Source of the DNA: Vicugna vicugna
Taxonomy: Eukaryota
Assembly (NCBI GenBank): GCA_013265495.1
Contig: MU058781.1
Location: forward strand, 12,135,009 to 12,199,008
DNA: 64,000 nucleotides
Direction of reading: 5' to 3'
Shown: piece after piece, positions 1 through 13,330 of the stretch
How the letters are laid out: each line of letters starts with the position of its first letter
Numbering within the stretch: position 1 is the first letter of the stretch
Translations under genes and position numbers: made by a program
The notes under the pieces: generated by a model
The model's input: the letters and a program-made list of their open reading frames with translations, nothing else
Databases searched by the model: none
What the model was told of the DNA's origin: nothing

Positions 1-1120
1 ATTAACAAGTGGGACCTAATTAAACTTATAAGCTTTTGCACAGCAAAGGAAATCATAAGCAAAACAAAAAGATAACTTATGGAATAGGAGAAAATATTTG
101 CAAAAGATGAGACTGACAAGGGTTTCATTTCCAGAATATATAAACAGCTCATACAACTTAATAATAAAAAACCCCAAATAATCCAATCCAAAAATGGGCA
201 GGATACCTAAGCAAGCAATCCTCCAATAAAGACATACAAATGGCCAATAGGCACATGAAAAAAATGCTCAATATTGCCAATTATCAGAGAAATGCAAATC
301 AAAACTACAATAAGGTATCACCTCACACCAGTAAATATGGCCATCATTCAAAAGTCCATGAATGATTAATGCTGGAGAAGGTGTAGGGAAAAGAGAACCT
401 TCCTACACTATTGGTGGGAATGTAATTTGGTGTAGCCATTATGGAAAACAGTATGGAGATTCCTCAAAAGACTGAAAATAGACTCACCATATGATCCAAC
501 AATCCCACTTCTGGGCATATATCCACAGGGAACCTTAATTCAAAAAGACACATGCACCTCAATGTTCACAGCAGCACTATTTACAATAGGCAAAACATGG
601 AAACAACCTAAACGTCCATCAACAGATGACTGGATAATGCTGTGGTATGTTTATACAATGGAATACTACTCAGCCATAAAAATAACAAAATAATGCCATT
701 TGCAGCAACATGAATGGACCTAGAGATTGTCATTCTAAGTGAAGTAAGCCAGAAAGAGAAAGAAAAATACCATATGATATCACTCATATGTGGAATCTAA
801 AAAAAAAAAAAGACAAATTCACTTATATATAAAATAGAAACAGTCTCACAGACACAGAATACAGACTTGTGGTTGCCAGTGGGGAAGAGGGTGGAAAGAG
901 ATAAACCGGGAGTTTAAGATTTGCAGATACTGACTGGTATATATAAAACAGATAAACAAGTTTATATTGTATAGCACAGGGAAATATATTCAATATCTTG
1001 TAGTAGCTTACAGTGAAAAATATGAAAATGAATATATGTATATTCACATATGACTGAAGAATTGTGCTGTACACCAGAAACGGACATAACACTACAACTG
1101 ACTATACCACAATTAAAAAA
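1..1120 (+). mobile_element. LINE-1 3' fragment (ORF2 end, 3'UTR, A tail)
   Basis: Typical L1 motifs (GAAATGCAAATCAAAACTACAAT, CCATTTGCAGCAACATG, GCTGTACACCAGAAA) ending in an A-rich tail; closely similar to 13345-14620 and 40700-41780. Confidence 0.92.
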
Positions 1121-1139
1121 AGACACATTATAGAAAATA

Positions 1140-1570
1140 AATCATTACAATTAAACAAAACTTGTAGGATGTACCTAAAGCAGTACTTAAGAGTTAAAAT
1201 GCTATGTATTGTTCACCCCAGAACTCCTGCATTTAGAATTTTATCTTAAAGAAATAATTATGAGAGCGTGCAAACACTTAGCTGTCATAGCACTGATTAT
1301 GATAGTGAAAACCTAGAAACAATTTAAAAGTCCAAAAATAGGACATTAGTTAAATTATGGTAATACTACCCTTAAAATGATGTCATTGAAAAAAATTTAA
1401 TGACATGGAGAGGTGTTCATAATATTAAATGAAACAAGTTACAGAGCAGTATAATCCAATTTTTGTGGAAATAAAATAAGACTGGAAGGATGTACAGTAG
1501 TATATTATTCTTGATTATCTCTGGCTGGTAAAATTATGGGAGAATCTTTTTTTTTTAACTTTCTGATCTA
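1140..1570 (+). mobile_element. Old L1M-type 3' end fragment
   Basis: Degenerate L1 3'UTR motifs (GCACTGATTATGATAGTGAAAACCTAGAAACAA, AAATTATGGTA); boundaries approximate. Confidence 0.5.
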
Positions 1571-3589
1571 TATTATTTATATCATCTGTATTATTCATGT
1601 GATTATGAAAGACACAATAAATGGTCTATTAAAAATATTAACTTTATTTCCAGCATTTTCTTATGATAAACTTGGTCCAATTTCTTTTAGTCTACTTCCT
1701 TTGCCCTTTGGAGATGGTGTGGCATCAAACCAAGGCAATCTCTTCGAATTCTAAGGTCTACTAAATAGTCTGTCAGGTGTCCCTCATGTTTAAATGTTTA
1801 ATAACTATTGGGAGAAATAGTTGGGATGCACTGTTTATATTTCCAGAAAAGAAAGCACTGTTTATGTTTCCAGCTAGAAATATCATTATGAGTTTGTAAA
1901 AAGATGCAGATATTCTAACTCAGAGTTTAATGCATGCATCAGGGTTAAATAGCAATGATTCAAATTAGAGACCACTAATGTTTCTTGTACAACCATCAAT
2001 TAGCTATGCTAATGAGAAAAGCAGGAACTGACTGCAGGAGAAAATCAAATCAGCAGGGATAAAAAAGAAAAATTACTCATTGCAGTCCTTAGATTCTTGA
2101 AACTTACCAGAGTGACATACAATATAAATTCTAATCATTTTTTTAAAGAGATGGGATATTAATAAAAAATAATATTAATTCTTTAGAAGTATTTTCCTTT
2201 TCCTGATTGGCCTTCAGGGAAGCCACACCCCCAAAATTAAAATGACCAAAATACAAGCTGCAGGAAACTTAAAGACGAAAATCTAGATGTTGGTTCTAAT
2301 ATAATCCCTAGGGGAGCTTTTAAAAAGTATCATTGCAGAGTCCTAACTCCAGACCCTTTAAATCAGAATCTTTGTGGAAGGGGCTAAATTAGTCCACACA
2401 TTGCATAATTTATCTCAAGTTAATTCTAGCTGCTTTGTATTCGCTCTACTCTGAGTTCTCTGGTTGGACAGTGAGGGACTCAGATAAATCACCTTTGGTT
2501 CTTTCATCCCCACTCCCATCACTCCATTCCCAGGTAGGAGCACTTTTCCAGTGAGACAGTCTTAAAGATGACTCCTGCTGATCTGTAAATACCTTCCTAA
2601 TGGTTCTCTTCTCAAGGGCTTCGATAATTCCGCCCCCTACTCCCACCAACACACACATTTCTGTATGAGAGAATGCAAGGTAACTGAACATTATCTACCT
2701 AGTGCTATGATAGGTATTTGGATACAAAGAAAATGAAAATAAGTTATTGAATGGAAATTGTAACTCCCCAGAGAGCTCCACATGCCAGGCTCCTGGAAAT
2801 TGGTTCAAGTTCTGTTTGTTCTCCAGTTCTGAGGATAACAGCAGTCCTGGTAGCTGTACTTCTTTCCTTTCTCTAGATTGCATCTTTACAACTTTTAAAA
2901 ATTATGGTTGCATTATATGCTTATTGTAGACAGCTTTAAAGTAGAAGAATTACAAATAACAAAATTAAAATCTTCCATGATTCTCCCTCTTCCTTATTCC
3001 AGAAATAAGCATCATTTACATCAATTAGTGTATATTCTTCCACTTTATTCTTTGTGTGGAAATATGTATTCTATTGTAAATAATTCGGTCATGTAATATG
3101 TGCATTTTTCTAACTTGCTTTTTAATCTTAAACCTTATGTTCTGAGCATTTTTTGTGTGTCATCAGGCTTCAAAATCAAGATTTCTATGTGTGAAGCAAA
3201 GCCCATCATAATGACTTACCATCATTTATATAACCATCCCTTACATTAGATCTTGATTATTACTCCTGACATTTGCCTTATTTTTTCTTTTTTCCCACTA
3301 TTTCTCAGAAAGCAAGATCAGTCACCAACCTGGTGAGTCCATGCTTATTAGTATTCCTGACTGATGTTTGACACTGTAGCCAGTAATTTCCCAGGACCAC
3401 ATATGACATGTGGATATGTCGATACTGAGCCCCGAATCCTCTCTTCCTTCTTTGTTCTCCAATTTTTGTACCCAATACTTTCTCCAAGAGTGATGATAAT
3501 TGTTTTTCTACTTTTAACCTAAGCCACACTTCTTAAAAATCCTGATGTTTACATCACCATCTTCCAAATGTGTACACAAGGAAGATTCA

Positions 3590-4240
3590 TCATTTTAGTA
3601 GCTAACTTACACTGAGTGTTTACTGTGTCTTTTGTGCTAAGAGGTTTATATGTATTTTTAAAATCTGAACTTTGTGACAAAAATGCAACACAAATGCTAC
3701 TATTTTCTCCATTCTACAGGTGAAGAAAGTGAGGCTTCTTTTGAGTAATCTGATTAACATCATAGAAAGAGACAAAGCTTGCCCTAAACCCAGAACTATT
3801 TACTTGTAAATAACTGTTTATTATCATTAACAGCCTATATTTATTATTTATTCAAATTTTCTTAGTTTTTGCCTAATGTCCTTTTTCTGTTCCAGGATCC
3901 CACCCAGGATACAATATTACATTTAATCATCACTCTTCTTAGACTTCTCTTGGCTGTGACAGTTTCTCAGGCTTTCCTTGTTTTCCTTTTTTTTTTTTTT
4001 TAACAATATAGTCCCCTCATCCTCTACAAGACCATAGCAACTACAATTTATTGTGCACTGCTGTGAGTGGCTCTGATCTTCTCAGTAACCCTCCAAAGTA
4101 GTTATTATAATCCTTATTTTATAGACGAGAAAACTGAGGCTTAGAGAAATGAAAACTAATGATGCAGGTCACAAAGCTAGTAAGTGATGGAGCTTGGATC
4201 CTAACCCAGGACTGTCTGACCATGAGTGTCATGTTCCTTT
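3590..4240. mobile_element. MIR fragments flanking an L1MC-like 3' fragment (about 3830-3980)
   Basis: MIR core CCATTCTACAGGTGAAGAAAGTGAGGCT and TTTTATAGACGAGAAAACTGAGGCTTAGAGA; L1MC-like CTGTTCCAGGATCCCACCCAGGAT. Confidence 0.55.
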
Positions 4241-5039
4241 AAATACTCTAGTTTAGATGGCTTATGTATATGTGCTTTTAAAAAATAAAATTTAATGTTA
4301 ATATCAGAGTTAGCAAGCCATAAAGATCTATATTTGGCCCAACTCTCCTATTACCCAAGCTCCTTTTATAGATTCCTCAACAAAAGGTTCTGAGCTCATG
4401 GTCAGAAGCCATCAGTGTCATTCAGCTGTTTCACAAAGCATCCAGTCAACTGTTGAAACAGTTCTGATCATTAGAGAGAGCTGTGTGTTCCTCCAAATGG
4501 TTTTTGTCCTTCAGTCTTAGTGTGGCTCTTAGGAGCCAAACACAATCATCTAAACTTCTACCTAAGAACTGCAGCCAGCCACCATGTATCCCCCTAGCTC
4601 TCTTTTCCTGGAAAAGCATGGCGTAGTATGAAGTCCTGTCAACATCCTAAAATCCCGATTTAAACCACAGTTCTGTGTAGAATCTCTATTTAGATGCAAG
4701 TCCTTATAGTGCATTATAGTATAGCAATGTGCATGCCCTATACAATCAGGGCTCAGTAATCGTCCCTGATGACTGTCTCCCAGCTTACTGGTAATCTCTT
4801 ACCACCACCACCATTACTGCTCTTCATCTCACTCCTCACCCACTACAGTTTTAAATAATCGGGTTCAAAGGACCCTAACACTTGACACTCTTCCAGCCGT
4901 TTAAACGGGGGAGTTCTCTCTAGAAACCCCCTGAGACACAAGTTTGGTAGGTGAGTGAAACATAAGGGGGATACTTTCTCTGAGTTTGACAGACAAGTTA
5001 TTGGGCAAAGAGAGTGAGCCATGGACACTCTGAGGCAGC

Positions 5040-5530
5040 TCCTTTCTCCCCGACTTTCCCACAGCGCCGAGGCAGCCACAGAGCTCCCTCGTTGATCTGC
5101 CTAGGACAGACAGCGCAGGGCGGGGCAGGGACGACGCGCCAGGAACTGGGCGGGTTCCAAGCAGCTGGTTTCCCTAAGAGGCGCGGTGGGGGCTTGGGGA
5201 CTGCACAGCGACACTAAGGCGCCAGCAGCCGCCTCGCCAGATGCCCTTGTGCCTGCCCCTCAGACAGGTGCTCAAAGCAAATAAGAGAACGAAAGAAGCA
5301 GGTGAGGGAGTCAGAAGACATTGTAGAGGAGTCCTTATCAAAGTTCTCTAGGTGTTCCTCGCACCCCCTCCGCCCCGTGCCTGCTCTTCGTTGTCAATAC
5401 CATGGACAGCGCCCGCGAAACCACTCAAATGCGCTTGGATGCCGCTGGCTTTTGGCAGGTCTGGCAGCACTTTGACGCGGATGGTAAGTAAAACAAGCCC
5501 CCTGTACATTCAGATGTAGGCGTCGCTAGC
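5040..5530 (+). promoter_or_regulatory. SCGN: CpG-rich SCGN promoter / 5'UTR region
   Basis: Local CpG and GC enrichment, with a GC box (GGGCGGGG) near 5118, immediately upstream of and across coding exon 1; TSS not determinable. Confidence 0.65.
5402..5483 (+). CDS. SCGN: Secretagogin coding exon 1 (MDSARETTQMRLDAAGFWQVWQHFDAD)
   Basis: Kozak ACCATGG, 82 nt, donor GTAAGT; recognisable SCGN N-terminus. Confidence 0.96.
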
Positions 5531-6376
5531 TCCAAGTCTTGCTGAAAGGACCTAGAACTTCTGTTTCCCGTAGGTCTTTTCCTGCAGGAAAAGTTGTCTT
5601 CCAATGTTGTTAATGCAGTATACCTAACGCAGCGTACCTACTACTGGACTTGCACGTCTACATACTTTGTTCAAGTTCAGGGTGGGAGGAGGGACTTGTT
5701 CCCTGCCCTCCCCAACCTGTGACTGTGTACTGATATACCACATAGACAATGACAAATATATATTTGAAACTTGTGGGCTCCAGGATCTGAAGTCAGTCTT
5801 CCTTACCTGTGCTCATTTTTACTCAATCACTTTATTGTATAACTCTCACTCTCTCAAAGGGAGGGGTGAATTTGATCAACTTTCAAAAAGACACCACCCC
5901 TACTCCCAAAAAATTACTTCAAAATATCTATTTAATTTTGCTTTGTCTTCATTAATAATTAAAGAAACATTAAGAAAATATTTAAATGTTGTTTAATGTG
6001 TGTTTTAACCTTGCAAACTAAGATTCAATATTTACATCTATTACAATTCTCCACGATTCCAAAATCCTTAGGTCAGAGTTTATTCTAAAACTCATGTTTA
6101 TTTGTGGATTAAAATTAATATATAAATAGCTTTCATTTCTCAAGTATTTATATAAACCTCAGCACAGAACATTTACTGTTGAATATGTATTTGCTATTCA
6201 AATCTGTTTTCTAGAGGTAGATATTGGCACTTAATTAGAGAAGCAAAGAATGGTATCCATGGGGATTTTATAAATTTCTGATTAATATTTAACATCTTAA
6301 TTTGCTTTTAAATACTAAATGTCACATGTTATTCTATATAAACGACTATTATTCATGCATATCTCCTTGCATCTAG

Positions 6377-6447
6377 AAAAAGGTTACATAGAAGAGAAGG
6401 AGCTTGATGCTTTATTTTACCACATGTTGATAAAACTGGGTAGCGAG
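6377..6447 (+). CDS. SCGN: Secretagogin exon 2 (EKGYIEEKELDALFYHMLIKLGSE)
   Basis: AG acceptor, GTAAGT donor, 71 nt; completes EF-hand 1 loop DADEKGYIEEKE. Confidence 0.96.
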
Positions 6448-7259
6448 GTAAGTACTTGTGCCACTAAGCATTAATTTATGTGTCTCTTAGTGAATTACAA
6501 AAAGCATCCAATCTTATCTTGATTTGTACTTATTAATTCCATCTGACCTCTTTTCTTCCTTGCATGCAATTTCTCTCCCTCTCCTAGCAACATGGATGGA
6601 TTTAGGCAGGTTTTATAAACCTGTGGTATTAGATGCTCTGGTCATTGACTTTTAGTGTAACATCTGTCATCCACTCAGATTTTAACTTTAGAGTCAAACA
6701 ACTTTGTTTTGAATATCTCCTTGGTTATGTCTCTGCTAATGGATTTAAACCTAGAGATAAGGTAGCTCATTTTGTTCAAAAAGGTGGAAAAGATGTTAAG
6801 AGCTTTAAGGTTCTGGGTGTTTAATGCATTTGATACTACTTTGATAGCAAATCACAAACAAATCATTCAAAATCATTTTTTCCATTTTCCATTTCATTAG
6901 AAGAGAGTGCCTATTTCTTTGGGAATGACAAATCAGGAAACAGCCAACATACCCAGAGCCGAAAAATAAATGTAAACTAATCTATCCAGTATCTATCTCC
7001 CTTTCTTATGGTAAACCTGGCCTTGAGAGATGTGAATTAACGGCCAATGAGCCCTGTACCAAAGCAGAGGAATAACTCCCACAGAGAGGCAGCAGCCTGG
7101 GCTTGGGAGAACCCGGTAAAGACTCCATCAGGGGATGCATGGTAAGGGAAGTAGCTCTAGAGACAGCAGCATTTAAAATGAGGTAGCTTATCCTCAAATA
7201 TAACTGTCTACGTGGAAGAATATTGAAGCGCATCACACTTTCATGTAGGAGTCCATCAT

Positions 7260-7540
7260 CCTGACTTTCTCTCTGATCTTTCTCTCATCTCTCTCTGATC
7301 TCTATTTCTTATATGTTTCTCCATCTGTCTCTCTCCTTTCTCTTTGTTTCTCTATCTCTAATCTGTTTCTCAAGCTCTCTCATTGTCTCTCCTCTCTCTC
7401 TCTTATTTCTCTTTTCCTCTCTTTCCTATCTGTCTGTCTCTTCTCTCTTTGCCCTTCATTTCTTGTATTAGTTTCTTGCCTCTCCTTTTCTCTTTCCTTC
7501 CCTTATCTCCCTGTCGGTCTCTTTCTGATTTGCTCTCTCT
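7260..7540. repeat. CT-rich low-complexity polypyrimidine tract
   Basis: About 280 nt dominated by C and T on the + strand. Confidence 0.85.
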
Positions 7541-9872
7541 GTAAATGCTAAGGCTCACGGCATTCCAGAACCCGTGAATCTGATGCCATTTGTCAAACAT
7601 GACAGAAGTATTTGAGGAAAACAAAAAGAGGAAGGCAAAACTTTAAAAGTCTTGGAATAAACTTGGAACTTCACACCTTTTCAGAAGGCTCCTTGCTTTA
7701 CTGATATAAAGAAAAGGAGGAGAAAAGTTGCTGTAAATGTTGAACTTGGAAATGTCTTATTTTCAGTCATGAGGTGAGGGGTGGGCTGCTACTCAAACAC
7801 AAAGGTCTGCTCTAGGCTGTGGACCCTGTGAGCTGTCTTGTTCTGGGGCTTTGGCTGACTTTAGAGGCATTGTCGTCATCAGTGAAAGAGAAGAGAGATG
7901 CCATCTCTCACAGCTTGGCTGTTCTTACCATCGCCCCTCCCTCAGATTTGGCCTGTCGCCTCACCTCTCACACATGGACAGGCATGGACAGGCATGGTCC
8001 TTGGAGAAAAGGAAACAGCAAATGACTCGCCAGTGTACTCTGCAACTGTGTTCCATGCAGGTGTTCCTGAGGCCAGAGGCAAAGAGGCTGGAAGGTTGCA
8101 GAGTCCTTAGGCTAGTGGAAATAGAATTTTGGTGTGCCGTATTTGTTAAAATGCAAAGTCCCAGGTGCCTCCTAGGTATTTCAGCACATTTAGGGTCTGC
8201 CTAGGATACTGCATGTACTATAAGTCAGTTTGCATCCCCCACCCCCCTCACCCCGTTCCCTCCAGGAATAGTGACTGCTTGTCAGACAAGGTATTCTAAT
8301 ATAATCAGGCCAGTCCTGCTGAGCTGTGGCTGCAGCCCCAGGCACCTCTCTCCAGCACTTGGCGAGGGAGAAAGCTTTTGGAACCAGGGGATAAACTATT
8401 GAACTGTTAATGAGAAATGCTGTCCTCTGCCATTATTTCCTTTCAAAATGCTGAGGCCTTTACCCAGCGGATATGATTACAGGGCCTTTGGCTGGCCACT
8501 CTATGCTACTGGGACAACCAAGACTAAGGAAACTATTCCTAACTCTGGACTTTTTTCCTGCTGAGAAATGAGTAGGCCCTCAGCATGTCCTTAACAAGAG
8601 GGCATGTCCCTCTCAACTGGGGAGTAATCACCATTTGTGAGACCTACCTTTAATCAGTGATGTCCCTGTGAGTACAGAGCCAGCAGCAGGGAGGCCTCTG
8701 TGATGAAGCAGCCCCTCTGGTGTTGAAGCAGGGCAATCAGTTCTTCTGAGACCTGAATAGCTCCACTTTCCTCCCCCTGATTAGCGGATCACAGAGACCT
8801 CAGAAGAAGGAATTTTAAGATTTCTAACAGCAAGCTGCCTGCTAGTCAATCTTAAAGAGCAAGCAGCCTATTTGTAATTACCTGCTCCTCATAGTCTCTG
8901 AGGGGATTGACTTAATGGAACCATCAGCCATTCTTGCTGCTGTTTCTGTTACTCACCCCATCCCACCTTTCTTTTTTTCTCAAATGCTCAGAATCAGCCT
9001 CTGCACTAGGTCCAGGTCTAGCCAGTCCATTGCAGAGCATCATTTTCTGTGGCTGTGTGTGCATTCTTCACGTACAGACTGCAGCACATCCTGGGCATTT
9101 TTCAGGGCTTCAGAGATGATAACCCTGCTGGGGCCTGATGGGAAATTACAACAGAGGGAGCCCTAGACTCCTGTGCTTTAGGGCCAAGGGGTAGTCACTG
9201 ACTTTGGGGTCAGAGGTCTGAAAGGACAGAAGTCAAGTTTCAAACCAGAGGTATCATACAGAATCTAGCTACAGCCTCTTTGGTTTCATATTTACTTTGA
9301 AATCAAATTTCTCACCACCATGGCCTGTGTTAGTGAATTTCTTTTCGGAATGCCTAGTGCATCATAACCACTTATTCAGTCCACTGGTACTATATGTCAG
9401 AGACACAGAAATGACTGCTAGCCTGGCAGAACTCTTAATCTGGAAGGTCAAGCTCAAATTCAAAGTGAAGACCCACATTCCTGAGTGATTTCCATTGTGA
9501 TTTTTCTGTTTGATGCACATACACACCCATACAACCAAACAAACCACACAATCTATGGTGCCAAGAATAAAGAGGCTAATCTCTCTATACTTAGTGGAGA
9601 GGAAACCTGGCTGGATAGTGTGCTAGTATTAGGAAGAATACACTTAGCATAACTGATCTGTTCTGGAGTCTAGGAATCCAGCACTGTTTGGCTGCATCCG
9701 TGCCTCTCAGTCATTGCATCAAAATTCACTCTCTGTTGTTGATTATATAAGTTAACTTTCTTTGTAATAACCACGCAGTCCTCTGATGAAGAACAATTTA
9801 ATGTGCAGAAAAGGTTGTACCAGGAAGGGATATGTGCCATCTTTGGTAGTTCAATGATTACTTTATTTCTTT

Positions 9873-9988
9873 TTTGGGGGAGGGGAGGATTAGGTTTATT
9901 TATTATTAATGGAGGTACTGGGGGTTGAACCCAGAACCTCATGCATGCTAGGCATGTACTCTACCCCTGAGCCATATCCCCCCCTCCC
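9873..9988 (-). mobile_element. tRNA-derived SINE (camelid-type) with target site duplication
   Basis: Reverse complement of the SINE at 14771; flanked by TSD ATGATTACTTTATTTCTTT at 9854-9872 and 9989-10007. Confidence 0.9.
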
Positions 9989-10496
9989 ATGATTACTTTA
10001 TTTCTTTGGTTTCCTCTCTAGTTATTTTCTCCTAATTGTTTTTTCTTTGTTGAATCCAAGATTAATAGAATGAACTCTGGGAAACTGAGGGCCTGGAAGA
10101 ACTTTTCACTTAAAAATAGAATGAAACTTCTGAATTCTTGGGAAGAAAGTTTCTATGTTCATTACAATAGTCTTTTGTCACAACAAAATACAGAATGATG
10201 TTCAAATTTATTCTATTAACACTCTAGTCCCTAAGCTTCTCTTCATTCGTATTTTAGGAGATCACTAGCTATAAATCTTACCTAGTCAGGATTCTGATTA
10301 GTGGTTATTTGATTAAGAAACCTCCACCGCCTCTCTCTTGTCTGCAACTTGGTAGGATCACTTTCAATGGCTAAGTAACTTGCCTTCCAGATTAGACTAA
10401 CATAATTATCAGGCTATACACTCTGAATATTTGACATCCTAACTACATTTTTGGAATCCCAGTGGCTTTAATGTGGTTCTCTCTGACCCACTGTAG

Positions 10497-10589
10497 GATG
10501 CAGTCATGGAAAAAAATGTGCAGAAAATGAAACAACAATTTATGGCTACCCATGATGTCTCTAAAGATGGTCGCATACAAATGAAAGAG
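10497..10589 (+). CDS. SCGN: Secretagogin exon 3 (DAVMEKNVQKMKQQFMATHDVSKDGRIQMKE)
   Basis: TAG acceptor, GT donor, 93 nt in frame. Confidence 0.95.
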
Positions 10590-12459
10590 GTACTTTCTAC
10601 AACTGTTACTTTCTTCACTGTACCTTTGTGGACTATAATTCCTTGTGAAGGATAATGAAAGGCTTACATTTGATTGGGAAATTAGAACCCTCTGCCAGGC
10701 AGCTGGGTTAGCTAACATTTTTGAAGTACTCTCCTTTCCTTTTTCATCGGCTTAGTAACAAAGGGTAATGATTCTTCCATCATTTTATTTAGGTCAGTCA
10801 ATATTTATACTTACCTTATAATTGGGGAATTGATATGCTGGAGGCTTTTCAGTTGCTTGATCTAATATTTGTCTCTTACACAGTGGCCTGCTCAAATTCA
10901 ACCTTGACATAAGGGAAAACCTACTGACAATAAATGAGTTTAAACTTCAGCATCAGCACCCAGTGGAGGCTGGAAAGAACTATCTCTGAATATCATTAAA
11001 AACAAAACAGACAGTAGCTGTCTTTACTTGAACTCAGTCCACACTTACTGGGTACCTATTAAAGCAAGGAACTGCATTAAGCATGCAGTGCCTTGCATAG
11101 TCTATCTTTAACATGATCGTTTTCCCTTCCAGTTACAGAAAGGTTTACAGTTTAGAAAGGATTTCCACACATTATGTTACTTTATCCCTACAGTAGCTAT
11201 AGAAAGTAGATATGGAACACTATCCTTATTCTACTGATAAACAAACTGAAGTTACTTTCCTGGCATTATATGGCCAATAAGTGGTTCAAGTGTAACTCAC
11301 TTATAGGTATCAATCTATATAGGTTTATTCTATATAGCTATGAATCCATACATAAAAATGAGCTGCTATGAAACTAAGACATTTATTTCATAGTCAAAAT
11401 TGCCTGCTAGACATATTACCTGAAATCTGCACAGCTGGTCTCTTGATGCTGTCATACTTGGACAGTCAATATTATTGATGAAAAGAGCAATTTTTTTCTT
11501 CAGAAAGTTATGATAATAAGGCAAGATAATGTCTTCTTATAAAAAATAGACATGTACACCAGGAGGCTACCTTTTCAGAAAACCAATAAGCTAAATTTTA
11601 GATTTATCAGTGTAGTTATTTCCAAAATTTTCACTAAAAGGCAAAAATTATTTATGTAACCAAAATCGCATTGTAACTGATGTAAAAGTATTAGTGTATT
11701 CATTAATGGAAAGGTAAGTGCAAGCATCAAGCTAGAAATAGCAAAGTATTACTGACTACATGTTCATGTTGCACTCTCCAGCCCACAGAACAGAGCACAG
11801 TGCATAGTGGTGCTCAGTAAGTATTTACCGACTTAATAATAAATGAGTGAAACATGGTAAATAATGAAAAACTATGTCATTACCTTACTAATTACTGGTA
11901 GACCTTCCTGAAGCAATGGGGAACGTGGCAACAACTTTGACATCTGTGCCAATCATTCTGTCACGGAGTCCAGCCAATGAGCATAACTGAGATTGTCTGT
12001 AGACAAGCTGATGGTCTAGGACTATTCTGGTCACAAGGCCCCTAAAAACCTCATGAGTCTGCAAGTTTAAAGAGCAGCAAGATCTCCCCTACCCTCTCGT
12101 CCTATACCCTTCACCATTTCACTTATTCAGATTACAGGTAGTTGTGATGTAAAAATCAGCCCACGTGCACACACTCTAGGTATTTTAGCACAAAACAAAA
12201 TGGGGAAGAAGTCACACTGAGAGCCAAAATGAGGCTTGGGGATGATCTATGTATTTGATTCATCCAGGGCTTCTCTGTGCCACTGCAGTCAAAACTGAAG
12301 ACAGAGTGGGTTCTGGAGACTTCGGACCAGTAAATTGTGTTTTAATTTGGTTTCTTAGCCTCTGCCACCCCATGTGAAAAAACACTTACTTCTGAAGAGC
12401 AGTTCTCAGTTCCAGTTGACATTGTGTGGGTGGGTAGGAAAAGCATAAAGGCAACATGG

Positions 12460-12900
12460 TGAAATATGAAAACCTGGGCAAGTGAGTTAACTTCTCTGAG
12501 CCTCAATTTCATCATCTTCATCAACATAGCATAGTCACCATTTACTAAATTTTTAATATGTACCAGGGACTTTGCTGAACAGCTTATAAATAGTGCCTCA
12601 TGTAAATTTTAGTCTTCACATAAGCATCAGGATATAAATATTACCCTCATTTTACAAATGAGGAAATTGAGGCATAATGGTATCAATTAAATTGCTGAAG
12701 ATCAAATAATAGGGAATAACAGAGAAGGAATCTGGATCCACTCTAAAGCCTATCACATAACAGCATTGTGCTGCCTCCCATTAGTAAAAGGGGGGTATTT
12801 ATACTTAACTGAAGGATTGGTGTGAGAACTTAATGTGATGATAAATGAAAAGCATGTTGCCGTGTAGCAACTATTCAATGTATGATAGCTGTTATTCACA
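12460..12900. mobile_element. MIR fragments
   Basis: CCTGGGCAAGTGAGTTAACTTCTCTGAGCCTCAATTTC and CATTTTACAAATGAGGAAATTGAGGC. Confidence 0.6.
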
Positions 12901-13330
12901 TGATGTGCCCTTGAGCTGACCTATATCCAACTAGAGAATATGAATAGGAGTGTGGGCTGATCATTCCTACAACTTACCAAAAGCATTTGCTCTGGACTTG
13001 CTCTTTGGTATTATACAAAATGCTGAGAGAACTACAGTTATAGAAGAAATGATCATTGCTTGAGAGACAACTCAGAAAGAAGATAATAAATACTAAAACA
13101 CTCTGGGTTTGGCAGTGACCCAGCCAAAAATGCCTATGTGCTAAAATAAATGTTATAATCACATGGGGAAGAAAATGTTACCTTTGTTCATGAGAGCAAG
13201 GGAAGTAAATCAATAGAACTGGTGCTCATAGAAAGGTGGATGGTTAAATTTATAACAAGCGAACTTGCTTTTAAAGTATTATATAGACGCTAACAATATA
13301 AAAGAATATAACACTTAAGAATCAAGCCAG

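Noticed and set aside
1828..1873. Short direct duplication GCACTGTTTAT.TTTCCAG (similar local duplications near 37433 and 55102)
   Set aside because: Ordinary local slippage with no sign of function
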